This document shows positions 21,289 to 31,086 of a DNA stretch of 32,600 nucleotides, piece after piece. Origin of the DNA: Octopus bimaculoides (taxonomy: Eukaryota). The notes beneath the pieces are model-generated. The model ran no database searches and was not told the DNA's origin. It saw only the letters and a program-made list of their open reading frames with translations. Made by a program: the position numbers and the translations under genes. Location of the stretch: the NCBI RefSeq assembly GCF_001194135.2, contig NC_068983.1, positions 9,987,329 through 10,019,928 on the forward strand. Direction: 5' to 3'. Numbering within the stretch: the stretch's first letter is position 1; the number at the start of each line of letters is the position of its first letter.

Positions 21289-21511
21289 GTAAGTTGCCGA
21301 TTCACTGACCCTTATCTTATTTCCTACATGCCTACTTCAGCACAATTGAACAGTTCTGGCTGTATCTACGACCATCATCTGTAAAAAGCACTCTGCTGGG
21401 TGGCTGATGTTAGGAAGGGCATCCAGCCGTAAAAACTATACCAAAACAGACACAAAAATTTTATCAGACCGTCCAAGTATGGAAGGCAGCCTTAAATGTT
21501 GATTATGTTTT

Positions 21512-21828
21512 TTTTTATTTATGCGCCCTTTTAAAACCTAGCCAGGCTCATGGGCCCGGTTTCCCGGTTTCTGTGGCGTATGTGTTCCTCCCCACCAGCT
21601 GGACGGGACGCCAGTCCATCGCAGCGTTACTCAAGAAACAGGAAGAAAGAGTGAGAGAAAGTTGGGGTGAAAGAGTACAACAGGGGTTGCCACCCCCACC
21701 TGCTGGAGCCTCGTGGAGCTTTAGGTGTTTTCACTCAATGAACACACACAACGCCCGGTCTGGGAATCGAAACCGCGATCCTCTGACCACGAGCCCGCTG
21801 CCCTAACCACTGGGCCATTGCGCCTCCA
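21512..21828 (-). mobile_element. SINE family D1 (D2-type head with a different 3' module)
   Basis: Head and body match D2; 3' part gctgcgatggactggcgtcccgtccagc...catgagcctggctagg matches D3. Confidence 0.88.
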
Positions 21829-21829
21829 T

Positions 21830-21855
21830 TGATTATATATATATATATATATGTA

Positions 21856-21890
<35 letters not shown>
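21830..21890. repeat. (TA)n(TG)n microsatellite; representative of many others, e.g. 9755-9771, 10347-10380, 20330-20370, 22355-22395, 23775-23890, 31495-31522
   Basis: Directly visible; several abut N gaps. Confidence 0.95.
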
Positions 21891-21894
<4 letters not shown>

Positions 21895-22352
21895 CTATAA
21901 CCAAAGCAGTAACTCAATCTTTTCTTTTGTCAATTACACTTAAAGTGCAGAGGCCATTAGATTTCACAATCCCTCAGCATCATAGTTTTAGCATCTTTCC
22001 CATGCTTGCATGAGTTGGACGGAATTTGTTGAGGTGAATTGTCTACAGTTGGCTACTCTTCCTTTTTCCAACCCTCAACAGTTTCCATGTTAGGTAATAT
22101 TACCCCATGGTAGTAAACATTCATTCACAAATGTCATGTGATGTCAAGACAAGGGGTGACAAACATACATACACTCATTCGATATATATATATGGATGGT
22201 GTGTGTATATATGTATTTTATGTATGTATATCTAGATGTTATTATGTGTGTATGTATGTATTTTATCTGTATGTATAGATGGATGTTGTGTGTGTATGCA
22301 TTATATATATAAAAGGATGTTGTTCTGTGTATGCATGTATGTATTATTTATG

Positions 22353-22395
<43 letters not shown>

Positions 22396-22775
22396 NNNNN
22401 NNNNNNNNNNNNNNNNNNNNNNNNNNNNNNNNNNNNNNNNNNNNNNNNNNNNNNNNNNNNNNNNNNNNNNNNNNNNNNNNNNNNNNNNNNNNNNNNNNNN
22501 NNNNNNNNNNNNNNNNNNNNNNNNNNNNNNNNNNNNNNNNNNNNNNNNNNNNNNNNNNNNNNNNNNNNNNNNNNNNNNNNNNNNNNNNNNNNNNNNNNNN
22601 NNNNNNNNNNNNNNNNNNNNNNNNNNNNNNNNNNNNNNNNNNNNNNNNNNNNNNNNNNNNNNNNNNNNNNNNNNNNNNNNNNNNNNNNNNNNNNNNNNNN
22701 NNNNNNNNNNNNNNNNNNNNNNNNNNNNNNNNNNNNNNNNNNNNNNNNNNNNNNNNNNNNNNNNNNNNNNNNNNN

Positions 22776-23036
22776 AAGTCCCGGGGTCGATTTGCTCGAC
22801 TAAAGGCGGTGCTCCAGCATGGCCGCAGTCAAATGACTGAAACAAGTAAAAGTGTAAAAGTGTATATATATATATTATATGACAGGCTTCATTCAGTTTC
22901 CATTTACCAAATCCACTCACAAGGCTTTGGTTGTCCCGTGGCTATAGTAGAAGACAATTGCCCATCATGTCACACATTGGGAATGAACCCAGAACCATGT
23001 GGGTTGGAAAGCAAACTTCTTAACCACACAGCTATG
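22776..23036. mobile_element. SINE family A: 3' end on + (22776-22858) abutting a 5' half on - (22878-23036)
   Basis: Both parts match the A copies at 2968 and 13681. Confidence 0.8.
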
Positions 23037-23262
23037 TCCATACCTATAATTATTTACTATATTAATATTATTACACATGCAAGATTTATTGATTGCAGAT
23101 TAAGCTTCTTCAATCGGTCCAAATGAAAAACACAGCAGACTATTAGAAAGTCATAGAAGGTGTATTATTTCTTACAAATTATGTTTGAGTGTCTAATGTG
23201 TGTGAATGCAATGACTTTGTTATTAATTTGTTATTTGTATTTTCTCTGTTTGATTCTTTCAG

Positions 23263-23478
23263 TGTTAGGTGCACAAGATGCAGAATCTGGTGCTCGCCTG
23301 ACATGTCATTTACTGCTGAGATTGTTCAAGACAACAAACCACCCTGGCTTCCATAACCTCAACTGCCGCAATGGCTGTGGGGTAAAAGCCTCCTGTGATA
23401 GACATTTGCTAGCTGCTACTCACGACAGTCTGACTGTAGAACCTGTCCTTGGTGTACTCAAGGGAATGCTCTACCTCA
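23263..23478 (+). CDS. MED12: MED12 exon 15 (1 to 1)
   Basis: ttcag|TG...A|gtaat; LGAQDAESGARLTCHLLLRLFKTT...GVKASCDRHLLAATHDSLTVEPVLGVLKGMLYL; alternative in-frame acceptor gives start 23269. Confidence 0.93.
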
Positions 23479-23504
23479 GTAATTATGCATTTCATTCTTG
23501 CTTC

Positions 23505-23768
23505 CTTTCTTTTTTCTTCTTGTTTTTACTTGTTTCAGTTATTTGACTGTGGCCATGCTGGGGCACCGCCCTGAAGAAATAAATAGAGAGGTCGATACAT
23601 TCAACTAAAAAGGTCGAATGTATCAACCCAAGTATTTAGTTTTTTTTAAAGTCTGGTATTTTATTGGTCTCTTTTGTCAAACCGCTAAGTTATGCTGACA
23701 TAAACACACCAGCACCAGTTGTCAAGCGGTGGGAGGGGGGACAAACACAGACACAAAGACACACACAT

Positions 23769-23810
<42 letters not shown>

Positions 23811-23854
23811 NNNNNNNNNNTATATATATATATATCTATACACACACACATACA

Positions 23855-23894
<40 letters not shown>

Positions 23895-24062
23895 TATATG
23901 ACGGGCTTCTTTCAGTGTTCATTCAGTGTTCATCTATGAAATCCACTCACAAGACTTTGGTCAACCTGAGGCTATAGGAGAAGACACTTGCCTAAGGTGC
24001 CATGCAGTGGGACTGAACCCGGAACTATGTTGTTGGGAAGCAAGCTTCTTACCACACAGCCC
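23505..24062 (-). mobile_element. SINE family A variant with expanded (TA)n/(CA)n
   Basis: tttacttgtttcagttatttgactgtggccatgctgg...cttaccacacagcc. Confidence 0.85.
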
Positions 24063-24149
24063 CACTTATGTTTTGTTCATTTATATTTATATTTTCCTTG
24101 TTCATTTTCTTTTTGTTTTAGCTGAAACAACAAAGGAGAATTTATGTGG

Positions 24150-24560
24150 TTGCTCAATCTGTCAGAAATAGCAGTCAGATCTTCCTCATACCATGGAAAT
24201 AAGTTGTCAAACAAGACACTATAGCTAGGTGATCCAATGAGTGAGCCTCTCTTTGGTTGCTCAACCTGCTTGAAATAGTAGCCAAATCTCCCTCATAGTA
24301 TAGAAACAGGTTGTCTTACATATCTGTTCAGTCATATAAGAAAACATTATCAAGATGATCCAATGAGAGAGCCTGACATGGTCACTCAACCTGCTAGAAA
24401 TAGCAGCCAAATGCCCTTCCTATGACATCTTACTATCTTCAAAGATAGGAAAGAAACATTGGATTTTGTAGTTCCAGGTGTATTGTACCTGAATACAAAT
24501 AGGGGATAGTCGTGTTTGTTGAATTTTTGATCCAAGGTCTGCTAAGTCAAAACTAACATG
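24150..24560 (+). repeat. Family G repeat with ~110-125-bp degenerate tandem units (related copy ~18800-19000)
   Basis: ctcaacctgct.gaaatag.agccaaat occurs three times; gatccaatgag.gagcct occurs twice. Confidence 0.65.
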
Positions 24561-24759
24561 TTTATTTCAGAATTGTGTTGTGTTTTTGCCTTTCATTTTA
24601 ACATATTTCTCAAAGAGGATGGGTTGGCACAATTGGATTGATTATAGTATGGCAGATAAAATGCAGTGCAATATTGAAACCTTCAACAGTTTTTTGTACT
24701 GTTTTTATTTCAAATATTCTGGAAGATTGATGATTAATGATTAATGTATTTCCTTGCAG

Positions 24760-24916
24760 GGGACTCATGTAATGATGAATCCAAAGCTAAAGCAGGAGTA
24801 TGTAATAACAGTGGTTCAATTCCCAGCAATTCTGCTGGACAGAAGACTGGTGATATCATTGGAAATATACTGGGTAACTTAAACGATGATGACATGGAAT
24901 TAGATTTGGTTCTTGG
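24760..24916 (+). CDS. MED12: MED12 exon 16 (1 to 2), poorly conserved linker
   Basis: tgcag|GG...GG|gtgag; (R)DSCNDESKAKAGVCNNSGSIPSNSAGQKTGDIIGNILGNLNDDDMELDLVL; open frame with correct phases on both sides. Confidence 0.85.
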
Positions 24917-25084
24917 GTGAGTTCGAGAATATATGAAATTGTCTTGTGTAAACTGCTAAGGATTTTTTGTGTTTCAGATTAATACATGTATCTAATATCT
25001 GTTATCACATGCAATTGTTGAAGAATTAACTGGTTTCTGTCATCACTCAGTGAAATTTTGTAATTTAAGAAGGTCAAAGATTTA

Positions 25085-25378
25085 CCATTCGAGCGAGATC
25101 GTGCCAGTGCCGCTGGACTGGCTCCTGTGCAGGTGGCACGTAAAATACACCATTTTGAGCGTGGCCGTTGCCAGTACCACCTGACTGGCTTTCGTGCCGA
25201 TGGCACGTAAAAGCACCCACTACACTCTCAGAGCGGTTGGCGTTAGGAAGGGTATCCAGCTGTAGAAACTCTGCCAGATCAGATTGGAGCCTGGTGTAGC
25301 CATCCGGTTCACCAGTCCTCAGTCAAATCATCCAACCCATGCTAGCATGGAAAGCAGATGTTAAACGATGATGATGAC
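25085..25378 (+). mobile_element. Family B retroposon, two 65-bp units
   Basis: ccattcgagcgagatcg...gttaaacgatgatgatga. Confidence 0.9.
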
Positions 25379-25410
25379 ATATATATATATATATATATAA
25401 TATAATATAA

Positions 25411-25660
25411 TAAATGCACCCTTTTAAAGCCTAGCCAGGCTCATGGGCCCGGTTTCCCAGTTTCAACGGTGTATGTGTCCCCCAGCTAGACGGGATGCCA
25501 GTCCATCGTAGCGTTACTCATTTTTGCCAGCTGAGTGGATTGGGACAACTTGAAATGAAGTGTTTTGCTCAAGAACACAACGCGACGCCCGGTCCAGGAA
25601 TCGAAACCACAATCTTACAATCATAATGCTGATACCTTAACCACTAAGCCACACGCCTCC
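25411..25660 (-). mobile_element. SINE family D3 (distinct tRNA-like head and body, D1-type 3' module)
   Basis: Head ggaggcgtgtggcttagtggttaagg...ggtttcgattcc; body cttgagcaaaacacttc...ccactcagctg; tail shared with 21512. Confidence 0.85.
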
Positions 25661-25683
25661 GCATAGATATATATATATATATC

Positions 25684-25838
25684 TGAGTGGTTGGCGTTAG
25701 GAAGGGCATCCAGCTGTAGAAACTCTGCCAAATTAGATTGGAGCCTGGTGTTGCCATCCGGTTTCACCAGTCCTCAGTCAAATCGTCCAACCCATGCTAG
25801 CATGGAAAGCGGACGTTAAACGACGATGATGATGATGA
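25684..25838 (+). mobile_element. Family B retroposon, 5'-truncated, no 65-bp unit
   Basis: gagtggttggcgttaggaagg...gttaaacgacgatgatgatgatg, with (TA)n on both sides. Confidence 0.9.
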
Positions 25839-25958
25839 TATATATATATATATATATATTATTTATTCTTTATTTGAAGCAGTTATTAGTCGTTTACAGA
25901 TGAATGTTCCTGCAGGTAGGCATACATATAAGTAACTGTTTGTTTCTCATTGGTACAG

Positions 25959-26130
25959 AGGGTCATCAAAATCAAATAAGAGAATTGAAAGTGCCGGACT
26001 CAGTGACTTTGCGAAACATTCCCTGAAAGAAATGTGTTGCCAGAAATGGGTCCGAGAAAAAATTCTTAAAGATCCACAAGCTTTGTTCAGTGAAGATCGA
26101 CTGATGGATCCAGAACTTTCAAATAAACAG
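25959..26130 (+). CDS. MED12: MED12 exon 17 (2 to 0)
   Basis: tacag|A...CAG|gtaag; GSSKSNKRIESAGLSDFAKHSLKEMCCQKWVREKILKDPQALFSEDRLMDPELSNKQ. Confidence 0.93.
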
Positions 26131-26399
26131 GTAAGTCTCTCTTTTTGAGTTGTTTCCTCCAATAAACCCGGTTTTACTATTAAGCAGATATTACACATTA
26201 TCTGTTGGTTTTCATCTTCGGACCATAGCCATGTTGGGGTATCATCTTCAGGGGATTCAGTCAATAATATCAATTCCCCATACTTATAGATTGCCATTTG
26301 TTTTCTTGACCTGTCTCTATATTTTTGGTTGAAAGGATGCTACTTTGCAACAGGATGAATAAACATAGTTTTTGCACACATAGAAACATGCGTACACTT

Positions 26400-26627
26400 C
26401 TTTATTGCCCACAAGGGGCTAAACATAGAGGGGACAAACAAGGATAGACAAAGGGATTAAGTCGATTACATCGACCCCAGTATGTAACTGGTACTTAATT
26501 TATCGACCCCCGAAAGGATGAAAGGCAAAGTCGACCTCGGCGGAATTTGAACTCAGAACGTAACGGCAGACGAAATACCGCTAAGCATTTCGCCCGGCGT
26601 GCTAACGTTTCTGCCAGCTCACCGCCT
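26400..26627 (-). mobile_element. SINE family C, young full-length copy with 11-bp TSD
   Basis: tgcgtacactt at 26389-26399 and 26628-26638; head ggcggtgagctggcagaaacg...gagttcaaattccgcc. Confidence 0.92.
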
Positions 26628-26694
26628 TGCGTACACTTTTCCCAGTTCGCATACACTTGTGTGCATGCACATACACACACACACACACACACAC

Positions 26695-26890
26695 GCATGG
26701 TAGTTAAGATATTTGCTTCTCAACCACATGGTTTTGAGATCAGTCCCATTTGGCAGCATTTTGGGGAAATGTTTTTTTTTTATTACAGTTAAGCAAAGCC
26801 TTATGACTGAAAACTGAAAGAAGCCTCGTGTGTGTCTGTCCATGTATGTATGTTTGTGTGTTTTCTGTATTTGCTCTCTATGACAGTTGC
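26695..26890 (+). mobile_element. SINE family A-like, highly degenerate
   Basis: caaccacatggttttgagatcagtcccat...aaactgaaagaagcctcg. Confidence 0.55.
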
Positions 26891-27379
26891 TACAAGAAGT
26901 GTTGTTTTCATGTTTTTTGTTAAGAACTTCCTGCTCACATCAAACCGTTTGTAGATGTGTGAATTAAAAGTTCCCTTACTTGAAGGTTAGCAACAAAAAG
27001 GGCATCCAGTTGTAAAAGAGTGTCTAACCCAAGCAAGCATGGGAAAATGGATGTAAGCTGAAATGAATGAACAGCAAAATATGTTTCATTTCATCTCTGG
27101 CTCTTTGGAAACTTGAAATTTGAAGGGACCATTTTGTCAGTACTTCTATCATGACTCAAGGCTGTTAGGGGACACAAACTCATCACTCTCATCTAATGAA
27201 ATACTGGTTTTTACAATTATCCCACTGATTACATTGATGAACCATTTCACTCAGGTTCCTAACTTAAAACTAAATAAGCTGAAAAGTTGTTAGCTGAGTC
27301 AGTGGCAGAGCACAATACAGTGACAAAGACAAAGATATAAGATACAGACCATTGCTTAAAGATGTGACCCATTCTTCCA

Positions 27380-27980
27380 GCACAGCTGTGATGTATGCGT
27401 GTCAGTACAATGATAATTCATCCCACCTTGTATAGCTGTGGTATTTTATGTGTCGGTGCAGTGGTGACCCTTCCTATCCTGTGCAACTGGGAGATTTTAT
27501 GTGAGTACAGTAGGCCCTACACAGGTATGACATTCTCTATGTTTATACAGTTGCGACTTTATGCATGTCAGTACAGCTATAATATCTGTGACGTTGCGTG
27601 CCAGTGCTTATGATAGCCCATCGAAAGTGATGACAGGATCAATCTAAGACATTCATTCTCCTCTGCATCTAGCGCGTTTCTTCTGAGAGGAGATGTGGCT
27701 GACAAGATCGATATGAGATAGACATCCTATGATACTGAGGGCACTGAAAGTGACCCCAAACAACAGCCACAGGGGATTGACGGCATCTCTTCCCCTCTTC
27801 ATGCAGTCTCCTGTGTTACAGCTGTAACATCTTTGTGTCAGCACAAGTACAACAGCGAGTGCATACATACAACATCCGTGACATGTATGTCAGTATAGCT
27901 TTGACAACATGTGTATCAACGCAGCTGTAACATTGTGTCAATATAGCTGTGGCATTGTGTCTGTTTAGCTGTGACAGTCT
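27380..27980 (+). repeat. Degenerate short-unit minisatellite (cagctgtgacatt.tgtgtcagta-like), interrupted at ~27615-27810
   Basis: Recurrent agctgt/tgtcagta motifs on both sides of a unique block. Confidence 0.55.
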
Positions 27981-28044
27981 CTCTCTATTAGTGATGCCTT
28001 AATCACTGGAGTTGATGTGGTGTTTGTTTAATTCTTTCTTGTAG

Positions 28045-28146
28045 GCCCTCCAATTGCTTCAAATGATTTGTTACCCAAATGGTATACCAAACCAAGCTGA
28101 AGGAACTGAACCAGATAATAAGCAGGTCATCAATCGAATTTTACAG
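28045..28146 (+). CDS. MED12: MED12 exon 18 (0 to 0)
   Basis: tgtag|GCC...CAG|gtcag; ALQLLQMICYPNGIPNQAEGTEPDNKQVINRILQ (QLICYP...RILQ motif). Confidence 0.94.
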
Positions 28147-28707
28147 GTCAGTATGTCGTTAAAGATATATATTCCACTCCAATAGCCCCTCTTAACAATT
28201 ATTGACTCCTAAACACTTCAGCAGCCTATTTGATACAGTTATTTGATACAGCCATAACACAATTATAAAATTTCTGTCTTTCTCATTTGGTGTCAATAAC
28301 ACAAAAGATACAGACTAAAGTAGCTACAACAACAACAACAAAAGTAATTACTCCAATGAAATGAAATTCTATGCTGATGCATTTTATCTTCACGAAACTC
28401 CCGAAATCTTGATTTCTTGTTTGGTGCTAGAAAATACTTGAACTCAGATCACATGCTGACTCTTTACAAAGTCAAGTAAGACTTAATTTGGAGCATTACT
28501 CCTACATCTGAGATAGTGTTGCTTCTGCAACCAACACAAATATCGTAGACTTTATTGAAAAGAAATTTAAACCATTGACCCCCAGGAGTGCGGTTAACTT
28601 CTGTTTTTTTTCTACTACCACAACAACCTCAACACCTCTGAACTAGCAAGTTGTGTACTACCATCTCTTTGATCCATACAATACACTAATTTATTTATGA
28701 CATAAAA

Positions 28708-29050
28708 AAAGCACTTACTACATTCTTAAAGTGATTGAAGGGCATCCAGCCATAGAAACCATGTCAAGACAGCCATTGGAATTCGACATAGTCCACCTGA
28801 CCTGTTGGATCCTGTCAAACCATCGAACCCATGCCAGCATGAAATACGGATGTTAAATGATGATGCTATCATATGGCTTATCATCATCATCATCGTTTAA
28901 TGTCTGCTTTCCATGCTAGCATGGGTTGGACGATTTGACTGAGGACTGGTGGACCAGGAGGTGACACCAGGCTCCAATCTGATTTGGCAGAGTTTCTACA
29001 GCTGGATGCCCTTCCTAATGCCAAACACTCCGAGAGTGTAGTGGCTGCTT
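28708..29050. mobile_element. Two family B copies, tail to tail (+ 28708-28866; - 28882-29050)
   Basis: ...cccatgccagcatgaaatacggatgttaaatgatgatg, short spacer, catcatcatcgtttaatgtctgctttccatgctagcatgggtt... Confidence 0.85.
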
Positions 29051-30436
29051 CACTGAAGTTTTAGTTGCAAGACTGACAAAGAAATATGAGAAGAATGAAC
29101 ACCATTTCGTAGTTTGTCATGTTTTTCACTGATATGTATATCTTCTACTGATAGACGTTGATCATCATTTTATATTCTGTTTCATGCTGGCATGGATTGG
29201 CTGAGTCATTACGATCCAGGTCAAATCATATTTGAAGTTACTGCTTCTTAAACCAGTTGAGGACCATGTTCTGCTTGTATGTTGTGTTTTCGCCATTCTT
29301 TGGCTGGGTACCCTTCCCATCACCAGCTTTACTGAGTGTTCTAGGTACATTTTATCCTGATTCAGTCATTAGAGAGATTTTTTACCCTACCTAGCAAGAC
29401 TACTGAATTCTCCCTGTGCTATGTTGCCTCTGCTTATTCACTGGTACTAGTGGATGTTGGCAACAGAAAGGGAATCCAACTGTAAAATATTGTCTGAATA
29501 AGTTTTCGTCCAACCCATGCCAGCATAAAAAAAGGAAACATTAAATGAATGAATCAACAACCACTCTTAATGCTGACAACAAATTATCTAAATGACTAAC
29601 TTTTGCAGAAACCTGTTCAGAACTGTCATTTTTAAAAAAATGGTAACAGGATGAGGGCAAGATAACATGGAAATTTAATTTAATTATAATAGAATGCAGA
29701 AAGAAAGGAGTCTGATTTTTAGTAGTGCAGTGACAACTCTGAACATATTTCCGCCTCATTAAACCTCATCATTGAAATTACTGGAATGTTTTTTTTTTTT
29801 TTTTTTTTTTTTTTNNNNNNNNNNNNNNNNNNNNNNNNNNNNNNNNNNNNNNNNNNNNNNNNNNNNNNNNNNNNNNNNNNNNNNNNNNNNNNNNNNNNNN
29901 NNNNNNNNNNNNNNNNNNNNNNNNNNNNNNNNNNNNNNNNNNNNNNNNNNNNNNNNNNNNNNNNNNNNNNNNNNNNNNNNNNNNNNNNNNNNNNNNNNNN
30001 NNNNNNNNNNNNNNNNNNNNNNNNNNNNNNNNNNNNNNNNNNNNNNNNNNNNNNNNNNNNNNNNNNNNNNNNNNNNNNNNNNNNNNNNNNNNNNNNNNNN
30101 NNNNNNNNNNNNNNNNNNNNNNNNNNNNNNNNNNNNNNNNNNNNNNNNNNNNNNNNNNNNNNNNNNNNNNNNNNNNNNNNNNNNNNNNNNNNNNNNNNNN
30201 NNNNNNNNNNNNNNNNNNNNNNNNNNNNNNNNNNNNNNNNNNNNNNNNNNNNNNNNNNNNNNNNNNNNNNNNNNNNNNNNNNNNNNNNNNNNNNNNNNNN
30301 NNNNNNNNNNNNNNNNNNNNNNNNNNNNNNNNNNNNNNNNNNNNNNNNNNNNNNNNNNNNNNNNNNNNNNNNNNNNNNNNNNNNNNNNNNNNNNNNNNNN
30401 NNNNNNNNNNNNNNNNNNNNNNNNNNNNNNNNNNNN

Positions 30437-30469
<33 letters not shown>

Positions 30470-30471
<2 letters not shown>

Positions 30472-30616
30472 TACGGCGGGCTTCTTTCAGTTTCCGTCCA
30501 CTCACAAGGCTTTGGTCGGCCCAAGGCTATAGTAGAAGACACTTGCCCAAGGTGCCATGCAGTGGGTCTGAACCTGGAACCATGTGGTTTGTAAGCAAGC
30601 TACTTACCACACAGCC
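30470..30616 (-). mobile_element. SINE family A, 5' half
   Basis: cggcgggcttctttcagtttccgtc...cttaccacacagcc. Confidence 0.85.
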
Positions 30617-30946
30617 GTCTGCATTTGCAAAATTACTGGAAAACGGCTGGACTGATTTTCACCAAATTAGGCAGAAATACTCATTGGGTGAGTGACTCGA
30701 ACTCATTAAATTTTGGTTTGATTATCTGCAGAACTGGCGGACGGGTGAATGAAAGTGTTTTTTCTTTGTTACATACGCCAAAACGATAAGCAGAGGAAAT
30801 AACTCTTGATGCAATTTTATTGAAATGTGATTTCATCTGAGAATATATTTATTAAATTAGATTTTTATTTTATCCCTGTGTGCAAGCAAGAAATGCATCG
30901 TACCTCCAATACCTTTTTTTCATCATTATTTCCTTTCCATTGCTAG

Positions 30947-31086
30947 GAAACAAATGCTATCCTGGATTGTATTGCTAAGGGCACATTAGATTTGTTTCAT
31001 CAACAAACTGAGTTTCTCTCCAATCCAAATTCTCCACGGCAACAACTACCGACACAACAGCAGCAGCAGCAGCTACAAAATGCCAA
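30947..31086 (+). CDS. MED12: MED12 exon 19 of those visible (0 to 2)
   Basis: gctag|GAA...AA|gtaag; ETNAILDCIAKGTLDLFHQQTEFLSNPNSPRQQLPTQQQQQQLQNA. Confidence 0.92.

Noticed and set aside
27628-27747. C/D-box snoRNA (GTGATGA with downstream CTGA)
   Set aside because: No convincing terminal stem or recognisable rRNA antisense element; the motifs are expected by chance.
27653-27868. 71-aa minus-strand ORF with a hydrophobic stretch
   Set aside because: Partly within a degenerate minisatellite; short, with no recognisable homology.
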